Notes: generated by a model from the sequence alone, not told the origin. Positions 1-12,451 are shown, counted from the stretch's first letter. The stretch: DNA of 64,000 nucleotides from Octopus vulgaris (GCA_951406725.2 OX597818.1:19096001-19160000); one strand, 5' to 3'. Translations and numbers: made by a program.

Positions 1-505
1 AGTATGTATGTATGTATATATATAGGTAAACGTGTGTATGCATATGTGTGTATATATATGTATATATATATGTGTGTGCATGTATATATATGTTTGCATA
101 TATTGTATGTATATTTGCCTGTGTGTGATAAGGTGTAAGATATACTTCTGTATATCTTATATTTTTGTAAGCTTGCATGTGTATTATATTTTATGTACTA
201 TTTGCCGGAATTTAACTCGTGTCTTGATATGCTATTTTATTTTATTATCACTATATTTATTCCTCTTATTCTAACAGTTTTAAGCGTGTTATATGCAAAA
301 TTTATATTTATATTTATAATTGTATTTATATTTTTATTTGTATATGATACTTATATATTACTGAATTTTAAATTTCTAATATGTCGGACTGTATAGATAT
401 TAACTAGTATATAAGATTTGCATGTGTTTGGCCTATCTTTGAATTTCGTGGTGTTCCTGTGGTTGTTGCTCCTATTGCCTCCCCTTGGATAAAAAAGTGT
501 ATGTG

Positions 506-548
<43 letters not shown>

Positions 549-910
549 GTATGTATCATCCCCTTTTTATCAAATGACATATATTTTACACCTCATTAAC
601 ACCCTCTTCCCCAGACACACAGCTAAACTTATCTTTTACATAGAAAATTACTGAAACGTCTCTTTATGAAATTATGATAGTTGATTCAGCCATGAGAGAA
701 TTTGAAAAACATCCGACCATTATATTTTTCACTAAAGGTCAACTATTCTAATGGAACCAGCAAGAGGGCACTTTCACAGCCCCTTCATAAAACCTTCCTT
801 AAACACCCCACCACCTCTCAACACCACCCTCGATCAATTATCTTGTTTTTACCATTCACTATTTTCTCTCAGCTCTTGTTCATCAACACTCTTTCACTCC
901 CACACTTATC

Positions 911-1136
911 TGTTTCTTTATTACCCACAAGGGGCTAAACATAGAGGGGACAAACAAGGACAGACAAACGGATTAAGTCGATTATATCGACCCCAGTGCG
1001 TAACTGGTACTTATTTAATCGACCCCGAAAAAATGAAAGGCAAAGTCGACCTCGGCGGAATTTGAACTCAGAACGTAACCGCAGACGAAATACGGCTACG
1101 CATCTCGCCCGGCGTGCTAACGATTCTGCCAGCTCT
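911..1136 (-). mobile_element. tRNA-derived SINE, family A (Meta-domain-like body), with 11-bp TSD
   Basis: Minus strand has A-box-like TGGCAGAATCGTTAG and B-box GAGTTCAAATTCC, then GCCTTTCAT..TTTCGGGGTCGAT..AAGTACCAG. Direct repeat CCACACTTATC at 900-910 and 1137-1147. Many other copies in the window. Confidence 0.85.
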
Positions 1137-1417
1137 CCACACTTATCAACAAACACCAACCCCACCCTAAACACACCCAAATCTCTTATATATAGAATCA
1201 CACACAGCACAACACAACCTGAAATCAGTTGGACAATCGCCACCGACGAATGCGAGAAAGGAATCCAGAAAAGTTAACAAGGAATCTTTAAAAAAATCTC
1301 CCCACTGAAGTTAACAAAGAACTTACTAGATCTAAAGACCAAACTGTAAAATTATATTATTGGAGAATTAAATTGATTAGAACTACCAGTGAAATCATTC
1401 TTTTCCTTTTGAAATAT

Positions 1418-1451
<34 letters not shown>

Positions 1452-1458
1452 CTGTGTG

Positions 1459-1501
<43 letters not shown>

Positions 1502-1567
1502 CATTGTTTCTGATTCAAGGTAGCGAATCGTGAGGTTATCGGAAAAACTGTTTTTCACATTCGTTTC

Positions 1568-1627
<60 letters not shown>

Positions 1628-2067
1628 GTTCTGAGTCAAATCTTGAGAAAGACAATTTTGGTTTTCACCTCTTCAGCTTATTTAAAATAAAGTACTGGGG
1701 TTGAAGATACCGTCTATTTTCCATCCCCTCAAAATTTCTGGCTCCGTTCCTAAATAAAGAAATATTAATGACACCGAGCTGGCAGAGTCATAGAGCGTCG
1801 AATAAAACGCGTTGCGGTATAACTTCCTTGTGTTGAAATTAGAAACCATTATTTTTATCGTCAATAATTATATTTAGAATTTGAGATCATATAGAACTAC
1901 GATTATCCTGGGAAACAGAACCAACTTTTCGTATATGTATATTTACGAACAAAAATATGCAATGGTTACGGGCCAATTATTCAGTACATCCATGCGCGAA
2001 AATTTCGTCCCTTCAAATCCTTCTTTAACTTCCTGTAAATACATACAAACAGACACATATATATGTA

Positions 2068-2278
2068 TAACATGTGATCTCTTGAGCACCACCAGCAAAA
2101 AAATTTTTTTCCTCTGCCTTCCCTTCTCAGGATCTTTCCTTCTCCTTTGTTTCTGACGAAGAGCTCCGCTCCAAACGTTAAACCCTCCTTCCCTTCTTTC
2201 CTGAGCGTCAAATAATTCTTTAATTGTTCCACGTCCTCGCGTTGCTGTGTTTTTTTCTGTGTTTTCTTGTTTGGATTA

Positions 2279-2283
<5 letters not shown>
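2068..2283 (+). mobile_element. ~200-bp hammerhead-bearing non-coding element (Penelope pLTR/retrozyme-like), copy 1
   Basis: CTGACGA-A-GAGC-TCC-GCTC-(C)AAAC-GTTA...TGAGC-GTC-AAATAA at 2147-2215. Near-identical to copies at 14650, 28767 and 59015. 3' end runs into (TA)n. Confidence 0.75.
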
Positions 2284-2338
<55 letters not shown>

Positions 2339-2339
2339 A

Positions 2340-2446
<107 letters not shown>

Positions 2447-2450
2447 TGTG

Positions 2451-2763
2451 GAGGCGCAATGGCCTAGTGGTTAGGGCAGCGGACTCGCGGTCGTAGGATC
2501 GCGGTTACGATTCCCAGACCAGGCGTTGTGAGTGTTTATTGAGTGAAAACACCTAAAGCTCCACGAGGCTCCGGCAGGGGGTGGTGGCGATCCCTGCTGT
2601 ACTCTTTCGCTACAACTTTCTCTCACTCTTTCTTATGTTGGCCTGCTCGCTTAGCCAGCGGGGTGGCGTCATTTGAAGGCTAAAACAATGCGAATCGCAT
2701 TGTGACCAGCGATGTGTAGCAACATCTGATAGCCTTGTCGATCACAAAAAAAAAGATTTCACG

Positions 2764-2768
<5 letters not shown>
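2451..2768 (+). mobile_element. tRNA-derived SINE, family C (tail type 1)
   Basis: A box TGGCCTAGTGGTTAG and B-box-like GGTTACGATTCCC. Homologous copy at 15542-15836. Inserted in a (TG)n/(TA)n tract. Confidence 0.85.
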
Positions 2769-2837
<69 letters not shown>

Positions 2838-2842
2838 TATAT

Positions 2843-3329
2843 AGGATCTTTTCGGTTTGAACGGCAGTTTGTAACAATTTCTAGGTAACTAAAAAATTTT
2901 AAACTTCGTATACTGGTAGAATGTGTTTATAAAACATCATTTTCTCTTGGCTTTATTGAGAAAATTCTATAGTTTGTAACATATTTCGTCTTTAAATTCT
3001 TGCATTTCGGAAATTTTAACCAATCGCTGACCGTCCATTGAGGTGAAAACATTCTGTGCGTCATCAATATACCCCTCGTTTAAGAAACAGATTGGGTTTA
3101 TTTACATTTGTGATGAAAGAAAGATACCCTTCCCCCACCCCTAACCCTAACCCTAACACTAACCCTAACTAACCCTAACTATGCAAGAAATTAAAGACGA
3201 AATATGTTACAAACTATAGAATTTTGTCAATAAAGTTTTATAAACAGATTCTACCAGTATACGAAGTTTAAAATTTTTTAGTTTCCTAGAAATTATGTTA
3301 CAAACTGCCGTTCAAACCGAAAAGATCCC
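2843..3329. mobile_element. Non-autonomous DNA transposon (MITE) with ~150-bp TIRs and internal (CCCTAA)n; ISL2EU-like termini (tentative)
   Basis: (A)GGATCTTTTCGGTTTGAACGGCAGTTTGTAACA... is mirrored by ...TGTTACAAACTGCCGTTCAAACCGAAAAGATCCC. AT dinucleotide on both sides. CCCTAA repeats at ~3138-3180. Confidence 0.85.
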
Positions 3330-3388
3330 ATATATACATACATACTTACATACATACACACACACATATATATATTATCATTGTTATC

Positions 3389-3419
<31 letters not shown>

Positions 3420-3611
3420 TATTATTATTATTATTATTATTATTATTGAAAAGTCAGGGTAAAATATGTACATGTTCGCTAGAAAGAAGAGTTAAAATTC
3501 TCCAAAGCCACGCATCTCTCACTATATGTAAACATGCACGGAGAATGCAGCAAATATACTACAAAAATATATTTGCTCGATATTGTTCGTTTGGAACAGA
3601 CACGCACGGAA

Positions 3612-4040
3612 TACTCTTTACTCTTTTACTTGTTTCAGTCATTTGACTGCGGCCATGCTGGAACACCACCTTTAGTCGAGCAAATCGACCCCGAGACTTA
3701 TTCTTTATAAGCCTAGTACTTATTCTATCGGTCTCTTTTGCCGAACCGCTAAGTGACGGGGACGTAAACACACCAGCATCGGTTGTCAAGCAATGCTAGG
3801 GGGACAAACACAGACACACAAATACACACACACACATATATATTATATATACATATTTACGACGGGCTTCTTTCAGTTTCTGTCTACCAAATCCACTCAC
3901 AAAGCATTGGTCGGCCCGAGGCTATAGCAGAAGACTATATTTGCTACCCAAGATGCCCAGGATGCCACGCAGTGGGACTGAACCCGGAACCATGTGGTTG
4001 GTAAGCAAGCTACTTACCACACAGCCACTCCTGCGCCTAT
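3612..4040 (-). mobile_element. tRNA-derived SINE, family B (CORE-like segment, internal microsatellite)
   Basis: Minus-strand head GGCGCAGGAGTGGCTGTGTGGTAAG...GGGTTCAGTCCC, central (TA)/(TG) tract and (GTAAAAGA)n tail. This is the most abundant family in the window. Confidence 0.9.
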
Positions 4041-4333
4041 GGTAGATATATTTTTAAAATAGTTCCCGTTGTAAGCTTAGCTGATGATCTTTAAGTGCTA
4101 TTCGGTACAGAAAGTAAAATCAATTGATTCTGAAATATCTACTCTTCTCTTTGTGGTTTCACAAATAGGGAGAACCTTTTTTTAGCATATTTGATACATT
4201 CCCCGCTTCTCTTTAGCAAACAGGTGCATATTGTACCCTGACTTTTAATAATATATATTTTGCATATTTTAGTTATGTTTGTTGGCCACTTTATCGTTAT
4301 TTTTTAAAGATAATAACTTATTTGAATTTTGAG

Positions 4334-4470
<137 letters not shown>

Positions 4471-4531
4471 TTGTGTGCGTGTGTGTGGTGTATGTATGTA
4501 TATATATATATATATATATAGTATGTATTTA

Positions 4532-4562
<31 letters not shown>

Positions 4563-4566
<4 letters not shown>

Positions 4567-4759
4567 TTTTCCTCTTTTACTTGTTTCAGTCATTTGACTG
4601 TGGCCATGCTGGAGCACCGCCTTTAGTCGAGCAAATCGACCCCAGGACTTATTCTTTGGAAGCCTAGTACTTATTCTATCAGTCTCTTTTGACGAACCGC
4701 TAAGTTACGGGCACATAAACACACCAGCATCGGTTGTCAAGCGATGTTGGGGGGGACAA

Positions 4760-4842
<83 letters not shown>

Positions 4843-5005
4843 TACGACGGGCTTCTTTCAGTTTCCGTCTACCAAATCCACTCACGGGGCTCTGGTCGGC
4901 CCGAGGCTATAGTAGAAGACACTTGCCCAAGGTGCCACGCAGTGGCACTGAACCCGGAACCATGTGGTACGTAAGCAAGCTACTTACCACACAACCACTC
5001 CTACG

Positions 5006-5010
<5 letters not shown>
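4563..5010 (-). mobile_element. SINE family B, full length
   Basis: Collinear with the 3612-4040 copy, including the CORE-like ACCTTGGGCAAGTGTCTT segment on the minus strand. Confidence 0.9.
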
Positions 5011-5065
<55 letters not shown>

Positions 5066-5094
5066 TGCGTGTGTGCGTGTGTGTGTGTGTGTTG

Positions 5095-5770
5095 CCTGCA
5101 GAATATGCTCATGGATCCTCAGAACTTTTCAATCTATGGATCATGAAACCATAATCCTCTTCTCCATATTTGCTAGGCCCCCACCGCGAATACTGCTGCC
5201 CATTGTAGTCCTATACATAAAAAAGACATAATGAGGATCGAAGCGCCACAAAGGTCAATCACTAAAAAAGTAAATGGCATGATGGGACTTGATGATTGGG
5301 TTCAACTTAAACAGCTGAAACTATTTTCTCTGTAACGCCGCCGTGTGCGATACATTATTTGCAACATGTGGTCCACCAATATTATCCAAATGATATCGAC
5401 ATTATATTTACAATTCACCCAAGACTAGGCCCTCGTGCAATGCGTCCCCTACAAAGATCGAGATCACGTCACATAAGAACATTGCGACACGAATTTCTTC
5501 ATTGCAAATGGTCCTGTTCTTTTCAATGTTATCCCGAAAGAAATTAAAGCAGAAAAAGATCCACAGCTTTCAAATGGTACCGGAACAAATTCCTCCAGGA
5601 AATACCGGATAAACCACCTACACCTGGATACGTCTCAACCAACAACAACTCTCTGCTTCAGTGGTCCATGGTGTCCCGAAATAATTAGCTAAAAGTCTTT
5701 TCCGGGTGGTGCTATTGAGTTAGTTATGGCCTGGGCCGATAGTGGCTGAAACCAATCTAAGTTATCTAAG
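5095..5770 (+). mobile_element. CR1-clade LINE 3' remnant (decayed ORF2 C-terminus, 3' UTR, short tandem tail)
   Basis: Manual translation gives WILRTF...[33 protein letters not shown]...LKQLKLFSL*RRR, matching the CR1 ORF2 C-terminal pattern. Ends in an ATCTAAGTT repeat. A related 3' end lies at 35110-35187. Confidence 0.8.
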
Positions 5771-5816
<46 letters not shown>

Positions 5817-5830
5817 GTGTGTGTGTGTGT

Positions 5831-5923
<93 letters not shown>

Positions 5924-6375
5924 GTTGGCTGTGGATTCGTCCTTCAATTGGAGGTTTCCAAAAAGGATTTCTAATGTTGATTCTTCATACTTTGCTGGGA
6001 GTTTACAGGCGTAAATTTGCGAAGATAGTACTTGTATATAATGTATGATGAATTTATGGAATGAAGTTCCATAAATCACATCAGTTTTGTCCAAGATGGA
6101 GGAAACAAGTTGTTAAAGCTTATAACAAGTTTAATTCTTGCAGACGATCGTTTCTTACAGAGATATGATGATATAAATTCATTATTGAATTAAATAAATA
6201 TCATCGTATTCTTCAGTGCAGGAAGGAAAATCCATAATTCAAGGAACTTAAAAAGGAATAGAGCATAAAAAAATTGAATGTAGGTGAGTCATATTGGTAT
6301 CCGTGTGAGAAAGAGATGGGAATCATGTCGGATATTGAACCATAACTAACGGCTATTATAACGGTATTATGTGAG

Positions 6376-6678
6376 AAGGCGAGCTGGCAAAGGCGGCGAG
6401 CTGGTAAAGGCGGCGAGCTGGCAAAGGCGGCGAGCTGGTAAAGGCGGCGAGCTGGCAGAAACGTTAGCACGCCGGGCGAAATGCTTAGCGGTATTTCGTC
6501 TGCGTTACGTTGTGAGTTCAAATTCCGCCGAGGTCGACTTTGCCTTTCATCCTTTCGGGGTCGATAAATTAAGTACCAGTTACGCACTGGGGTCGATGTA
6601 ATCGTCTTAATACCTATGTCTGTTCTTGTTTGTCCCCTCTGTGTTTAGCCCCTTGTGGGTAATAAAGAAATAGGTATT
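6376..6678 (+). mobile_element. SINE family A with tandemly reiterated 5' end and 17-bp TSD
   Basis: Five tandem copies of (A)AAGGCGGCGAGCTGG(C/T), the first slightly shorter, precede the body. GGTATTATGTGAGAAGG occurs at ~6363 and ~6673. Confidence 0.85.
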
Positions 6679-6924
6679 ATGTGAGAAGGATATAGAATGA
6701 CAGTATGGTCATAATGGTATTCGAGTTGTATGGGTGCCGTGTCAGTATAAATATAAGAAAAGACTACGAGTAGAAGGGTACACATAAGTGAACAAAAATT
6801 TACGCATAATATAGAAGATAATCTAATAAGGAGAAGAGTGTGTGTATGTTTAGTCATACATGTGTAGAGGCATATTTACACATGAGTATATAGATATAAG
6901 AATTCATGTAGATATACGATTAAG

Positions 6925-6966
<42 letters not shown>

Positions 6967-7017
6967 TACAAATATACCCATAAATGTGCAAAAAAGGGCA
7001 CACACATATACATATAA

Positions 7018-7138
<121 letters not shown>

Positions 7139-7644
7139 GATAGTCCTGTACTATTCTCTTTTCGATGGTCCCTAAAAGAAAATTTATGATTAGAAATACT
7201 CGATTTAATTGAGTTTTGGGTGCAACCTGCGTATATGTATCTAGAGGAGTCCTGAGTTATAATAGTTACTTGGTATACAACTTTCATTTTACAATTTCTA
7301 TCTACTTCACAGACCTTAAGGTCTCGACAATTACAATTTGAATTTGTGGGTGGTGTAGTGGTGTTATATCTCTATTTTGTTGGATTACTAGAGTTATGAT
7401 TATTAGCAGTATTGTTGTTAATTGTAAGATTATGAGATATATTATTAATAGTATTATTACTGGAGGTACAATATACAGTTTTAGTAGTTTTTTTTTAATT
7501 ATAGAATAGATCCAGTTTCTTATTGTTAAAAGAAATTATCCTAAAAATATTTGAAGAAACTGAAAATCCAAATCTAATTTTTTTTATTATTAAATATTTA
7601 AGCATAGCTAGAGTTTTTGAAGTTTTTATTAATTATCACTCTAA

Positions 7645-8397
7645 TCTCTCTATATATAAACGGCAGTTTGTGTGTCTGTGTGTCTGTCAGGTTGTACCCT
7701 CACCCTGACCACGGCTTTCAACCGATTCTGATGAAACTTGACACACACGTAGCCCAATGTCATAATTCAAAAATTTTGAAAAGTTCCCCCAGTTCTGAAA
7801 AATCGATAAATTCGACATGGGTCGAGAATCTAAGCTTTTTATATGCAACACATTTTCTACAGACTGTCTAGGGGACGCAACTCGACCTTTTTAACTCTCG
7901 GAACACGTGGGGTAAGTATCCCAAAATGTATAAAAATGTGCAAAAACGGCAAAAAAGCGGGCAGCAATGTGAGTGACAACAACGAAAAAGTCAAGAGTAA
8001 CCAAACTGAACAAACGAATGGAAAAGGTTTTTTGATGCACACGACAAAAGCGGTTTATAATAAACCAAGAGTTTGCAAGTAGCGTCCGAGGACCCTTAGG
8101 GTACGTCAAAAATTTAAGGTAAAACGTTTGGGGTGGTAGTTATAAAGAAAGTGTAAACAAAAAAGTATTCGAATAACTTGCGGCTGCATCAGGTATTAGC
8201 AGAAGTGGGGGTAAAGTCTCGAATGTAATTTCTTCCTGGTAGGAATTGGCTGGGTTGAATTATCGATAGCTGTTTGATAGTTATTTGGGAGTGAAGAGAA
8301 GACATTGCAACCTACACATGCGCCTTCGTTCCCTAGAGGGAAAGGACTAGATTGGGATTAGTCGTTGCCTACTAGGGGCTCTTACATACCCGGGCAA
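7645..8397 (+). mobile_element. Non-autonomous Helitron (5' A|TC terminus; 3' hairpin truncated)
   Basis: Starts A|TCTCTCTATATATAAA followed by a (TGTC)-like microsatellite. Ends at ATACCCGGGCAA, the first half of the CCCGxGCAACGCCGGG terminal hairpin seen in the 32-kb Helitrons. No CTAG end. Confidence 0.6.
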
Positions 8398-8695
8398 GAG
8401 ACATGAGCGGCGGTGGAGCGATAGAGTGGTTGTATACTGTCAACTTAACGTGACAGTATGGAAATTACACCACAATCTGCTGATTGAGGTGCCCGTATAG
8501 CCTTCACAAATATATATATATATTTACTGGACGGGCACCTCACAAATATAAGGACACAGAAAATGTCTCAAAGCCGACAGGAAGCGTTCGATGCTTCCTA
8601 GGGCTAAACAGCGGTGGTGTAATTCCCATACGGGACTGTCACGTTAAGTGACAGTATACAACCACTCTATCGCTCCACCACCGCTCATGTCTCTT
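8396..8695. mobile_element. Foldback/MITE with ~75-80-bp terminal inverted repeats and nested internal hairpins
   Basis: AAGAGACATGAGCGGCGGTGGAGCGATAGAGTGGTTGTATACTGTC... is mirrored at 8613-8695. Inner IRs GAGGTGCCCGT/ACGGGCACCTC and AGGAAGC/GCTTCCT. No clean TSD. Confidence 0.8.
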
Positions 8696-9309
8696 ATTGA
8701 GAGTTTTCGTTATATGTTTATTAGGGTGTACTGATTCATCAGATGACTTAGATTCACTAATATTATCTATGTTGTTTGTTTCGTGATTATTTTCATATGC
8801 TTAGTACTAGTGTTGTCGTTTTTATTATACTTAATTTCATATTTGTATCCCGTCTTCTTAAGTGCCAGGTTATAATAGTCCTTATGTTTGTTAAATATTT
8901 CCTCGTTAGATGATAGTAGATTTATTCTTCTGTTTATGTTAGTGGCCAGGTTTTTATAATGCTATAGGAGTGGTTGCTGTGCACATTTCTGTATGTAATT
9001 TTAATGTTAGTTTTATGGTATGGCTGGTGGGTAGAAGCATTAAGGTCGAAGTTGACGTGTAGAAGTTCACAGAGTTGTTATCGTTTTCAATGGTGATAGT
9101 CCTTGGTTTTGAAAAAAGTATGTAGTCTTTTTTGTAGAGTTCTAGTTTTCTAGTTGAGGTATTCCTAACTAAGAATAAAGTGTCGTCCCGGCATAATCCA
9201 CCTTCTAATTAAAGGTGCAGTAGGTATATTCCTACTAAACCGGTTACTTCTGCGGAGTTTTGTGCATCCATGGGTACATCGAAGCAGTCTGGTGTGTCTT
9301 TCCTGATCC

Positions 9310-9378
<69 letters not shown>

Positions 9379-9440
9379 TGCGCATCTGTATGTGTGTATA
9401 CATATAAAATCAAAATAAGCAACAAGATATCAAGAAGTAA

Positions 9441-9526
9441 TGCAGTACGACCGTTTCAAGCGACTCCATTTAATTGAACAATGCAATCATTACATCAATT
9501 TAAATTCAATGCTATTTTCAGCTGCA
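9441..9526 (-). ncRNA. Type I hammerhead motif with long stem II (core CUGAAAA, probably inactivated)
   Basis: Minus strand: TGCAG-CTGAAAA-TAGC...GCTT-GAAAC-GGTC-GTA-CTGCA. Stem I TGCAG/CTGCA is perfect. Confidence 0.65.
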
Positions 9527-9629
9527 CAAATAAATAAATAGAGTTTTAACAAGTAGCACCAGCATCCGCACCGGCACCCGCACCCGTACCAGCACCCGCA
9601 CCCGCACCAGCATCCGCACCGGCGCCCAC

Positions 9630-10256
9630 ACCGACGTCAAATCGAGAACCGTTTTTCTCTGCGAATTCTCGTTTCTGCAGCCCTCAACAGGGCTATGGCA
9701 GCGGACACTACAACCAGCCATCGACTGGGCAAGCCACACGCTCTTGCCGTTGCCCGGCCCGCTCCTCCTTCTTCTTGCCGCCTACAGAGACGCGGACGGC
9801 CGATCGTCTTCTTCGAACGACTCGTGAACGACGCCGGAGTAGAGCCCGGCGAGTTGGTGAAATGACGGGAAAACTCGCTGCTCCTTCGGTTTTTCTCCTC
9901 CGCCCGTCGCTGGCGCCGCCTACACCGCTGCGCGATAGCGACCGATGAAGATACCTGGTCGATCTTGCCAGAAGTCATATGCTTGTCTCAAAGCTTATGC
10001 CATGCAAGTGTAAGTTCATGCTGTAAACGAATGGTGAAACCGTGAATGGCTCTGGAAGCGGACCTAAACCTCGGGACCGTATTCTTCACCGCGCAAAGAG
10101 TGCAACCGGAGCCGCAATCGCAGGTTGCACCCGGGCGTTCGGCAGACACCGCGGCTCTGCGCCACCGGCCGGTCCATAGCAGCTCTGCACTTGCTCCCCG
10201 GTTGCGACTACACGGTCGGCATTTTCACTGTGAAAAAATTAGAATGTTCAGAGCAC
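9630..10256 (+). pseudogene. Orphan rDNA fragment: GC-rich 5' ETS-like sequence, 18S 5' end, then 18S V4 region
   Basis: 9952-10052 TACCTGGTCGATCTTGCCAGAAGTCATATGCTTGTCTCAAAG...GTGAAACCGTGAATGGCTC matches the universal 18S 5' end. ~10215-10256 TTCACTGTGAAAAAATTAGAATGTTCAGAGCA matches the conserved TTTACTTTGAAAAAATTAGAGTGTTCAAAGCA after V4. The ETS identity of the upstream part is inferred from position and GC content. Confidence 0.85.
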
Positions 10257-11008
10257 ATACACATTTGCCTTATAAATTCACTGATTCTGCAATAAATAGT
10301 AAGTAGTCTCATAATATAGGCTATAAATGTATCCGGCAGATTACACTTTACACAAATATTTAAATTAACATAGCTGGAGTTCATTAATGAAGCGATGATA
10401 ATAGATAAATACGAATTCAGAAAAAGAACGCAATATTAAAACATTAACGTATTAGCTTTAACCTAAAAGCATGCTTAATATCACTATTGCTTGTCAAGCC
10501 TTGTAAGTCTTCCGCCTCTAATTAGTAAATTTCTATTGTTCTATGTTTCTGTATTTCAATCTTGCTTAGTTTATCTAATCCTAATCTTCGCTCGGATCGG
10601 GTTCATTTTGATTGGCAATTCAACATTACCACAGAGATTCTAATGATAAATACGATTAGTGTATGTTTTTAATCTATGAACTAATTAGCTATAAATCTTT
10701 TCCCTATAGATTGGTAAAACGATCTTCATAAACGTACTGCTGTTCTTCTCCAGATTATACTAATAATGGAACTATTAACGTGAACTCGAATGTTCTAATA
10801 ATACTACCATTTAAATATGAAATGTAGCCCGTTAGTTTGCTTCCATATTTATGATTCTAATACTTAAGTTCACTTGGGTATATCTGATTCCACACTTTTA
10901 GCCTGTCATTTCCATTTACATGATATGTAATCTAAAATATAGTATAGAATATGCGAAGTTTGATAGAGGGGTAGGTTGACAGCATATGAATCGTTGTACG
11001 TGAATATC

Positions 11009-11044
<36 letters not shown>

Positions 11045-11049
11045 CTATT

Positions 11050-11152
11050 ATTCTTTTATTTGTTTCCGTCATTTGACTGCGACCATGCTGGAGCACCACC
11101 AAGGACTTTTTCTTTGTAAGTCTAGTACTTATTCTATCGATCTCTTTTGCCG

Positions 11153-11228
<76 letters not shown>

Positions 11229-11400
11229 GATATATATATATATATTCGACGTGCTTCTTTCAGTTTCCGTATACCAAATCCACTCACAAGGCTTTGGCCG
11301 GTCCGAGGCTATAGTAGAGGACATTTGCGCAAGGTGCCACGCAGTGGAACTGAACCCAAAACCATGTTGTAGGGAAGGAAGGTACTTACCACACAACCAC
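11050..11400 (-). mobile_element. SINE family B (internally deleted)
   Basis: Homologous to 3612-4040. Confidence 0.85.
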
Positions 11401-11550
<150 letters not shown>

Positions 11551-11733
11551 AAATCTAATGCCCATAGCTTAGCTTTTCCTTGGGCTGGCCGTTTTGGAGC
11601 AAATCTCAGAATTAAACAGCCGAAATTTGCCATGATGAATCGGTTTCTGACTGAAGAATGAAGGCGTCGAATGACTGTCTGTTTTCCGTGTTCGTCACTT
11701 CGTGTATTTCACGTTCTTTATATATAAAGTTCT

Positions 11734-11809
<76 letters not shown>

Positions 11810-11812
<3 letters not shown>

Positions 11813-11881
11813 TGATAACAAGGAGAATGAAGAATTTGAAGTTTGAATGCTCAAATTCTTCATTCTCCTTATCATCAATAT
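11810..11881. repeat. Short inverted repeat (hairpin) at the edge of a microsatellite-flanked element
   Basis: AAGGAGAATGAAGAATTTGA / TCAAATTCTTCATTCTCCTT is a perfect 20-bp stem, extended by ATATTGAT/ATCAATAT. Confidence 0.85.
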
Positions 11882-12036
11882 TGTAATTTACTCTCTAAGC
11901 AGCCAAGAAATAAACCGGAATATCGGATAGGAGCTAAAGGAAGGTTTCCAAAAAACGCTTCACCAGAAGGAACAAGCCTTGGCATTTTACTCAGGGAAAT
12001 TCGGTATCTGCCCAGATATTGCATCCCTCCACTTAC

Positions 12037-12116
<80 letters not shown>

Positions 12117-12164
12117 CATGTCTGTGACGCACGTGCACATATGTATATGTATATATATACATAT

Positions 12165-12451
12165 ATTACAGAGATGTACTTACATAGCGAGTGACCTGAT
12201 CTGAGATCGTGTGCTGGAACGAAAACAATTACAGCGTGGAAGGTGTTTATAAGCCATTTAAGAAACACACAAAAACCGTTAGATTCACTTCAGCATTTAA
12301 ATTTAATTTGTCAAATTATTTTCGTCGCTTTGAGACCACGACCTGTTCACTGACAAAACTTCGTGCTGCATCTTCGTGAGTTGAAGTGAATCTAACGGTT
12401 TTTGTGTGTTTCTTAAATGGCTTATAAACACCTTCCACGCTGCAATTGTTT
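12165..12451 (-). mobile_element. Short element with a 70-bp inverted duplication and a variant hammerhead in the spacer
   Basis: Arms 12223-12292 and 12382-12451 differ by one mismatch. Spacer on the minus strand reads TTTGTCA-GTGAACA-G-GTCG...CGAC-GAAA-ATAATT-TGACAAA. Flanked by (TA)n. Confidence 0.65.

Noticed and set aside
3138-3180. True telomere or chromosome fusion site
   Set aside because: Short, imperfect and enclosed by MITE TIRs.
7290-7336. Selenocysteine recoding in the Naiad-type Cys linker
   Set aside because: All four cysteines are TGT codons here, with no in-frame TGA at those positions.
9952-10256. Functional 18S rRNA gene
   Set aside because: Only ~300 bp, internally deleted, substituted at conserved sites, and without 5.8S or 28S.
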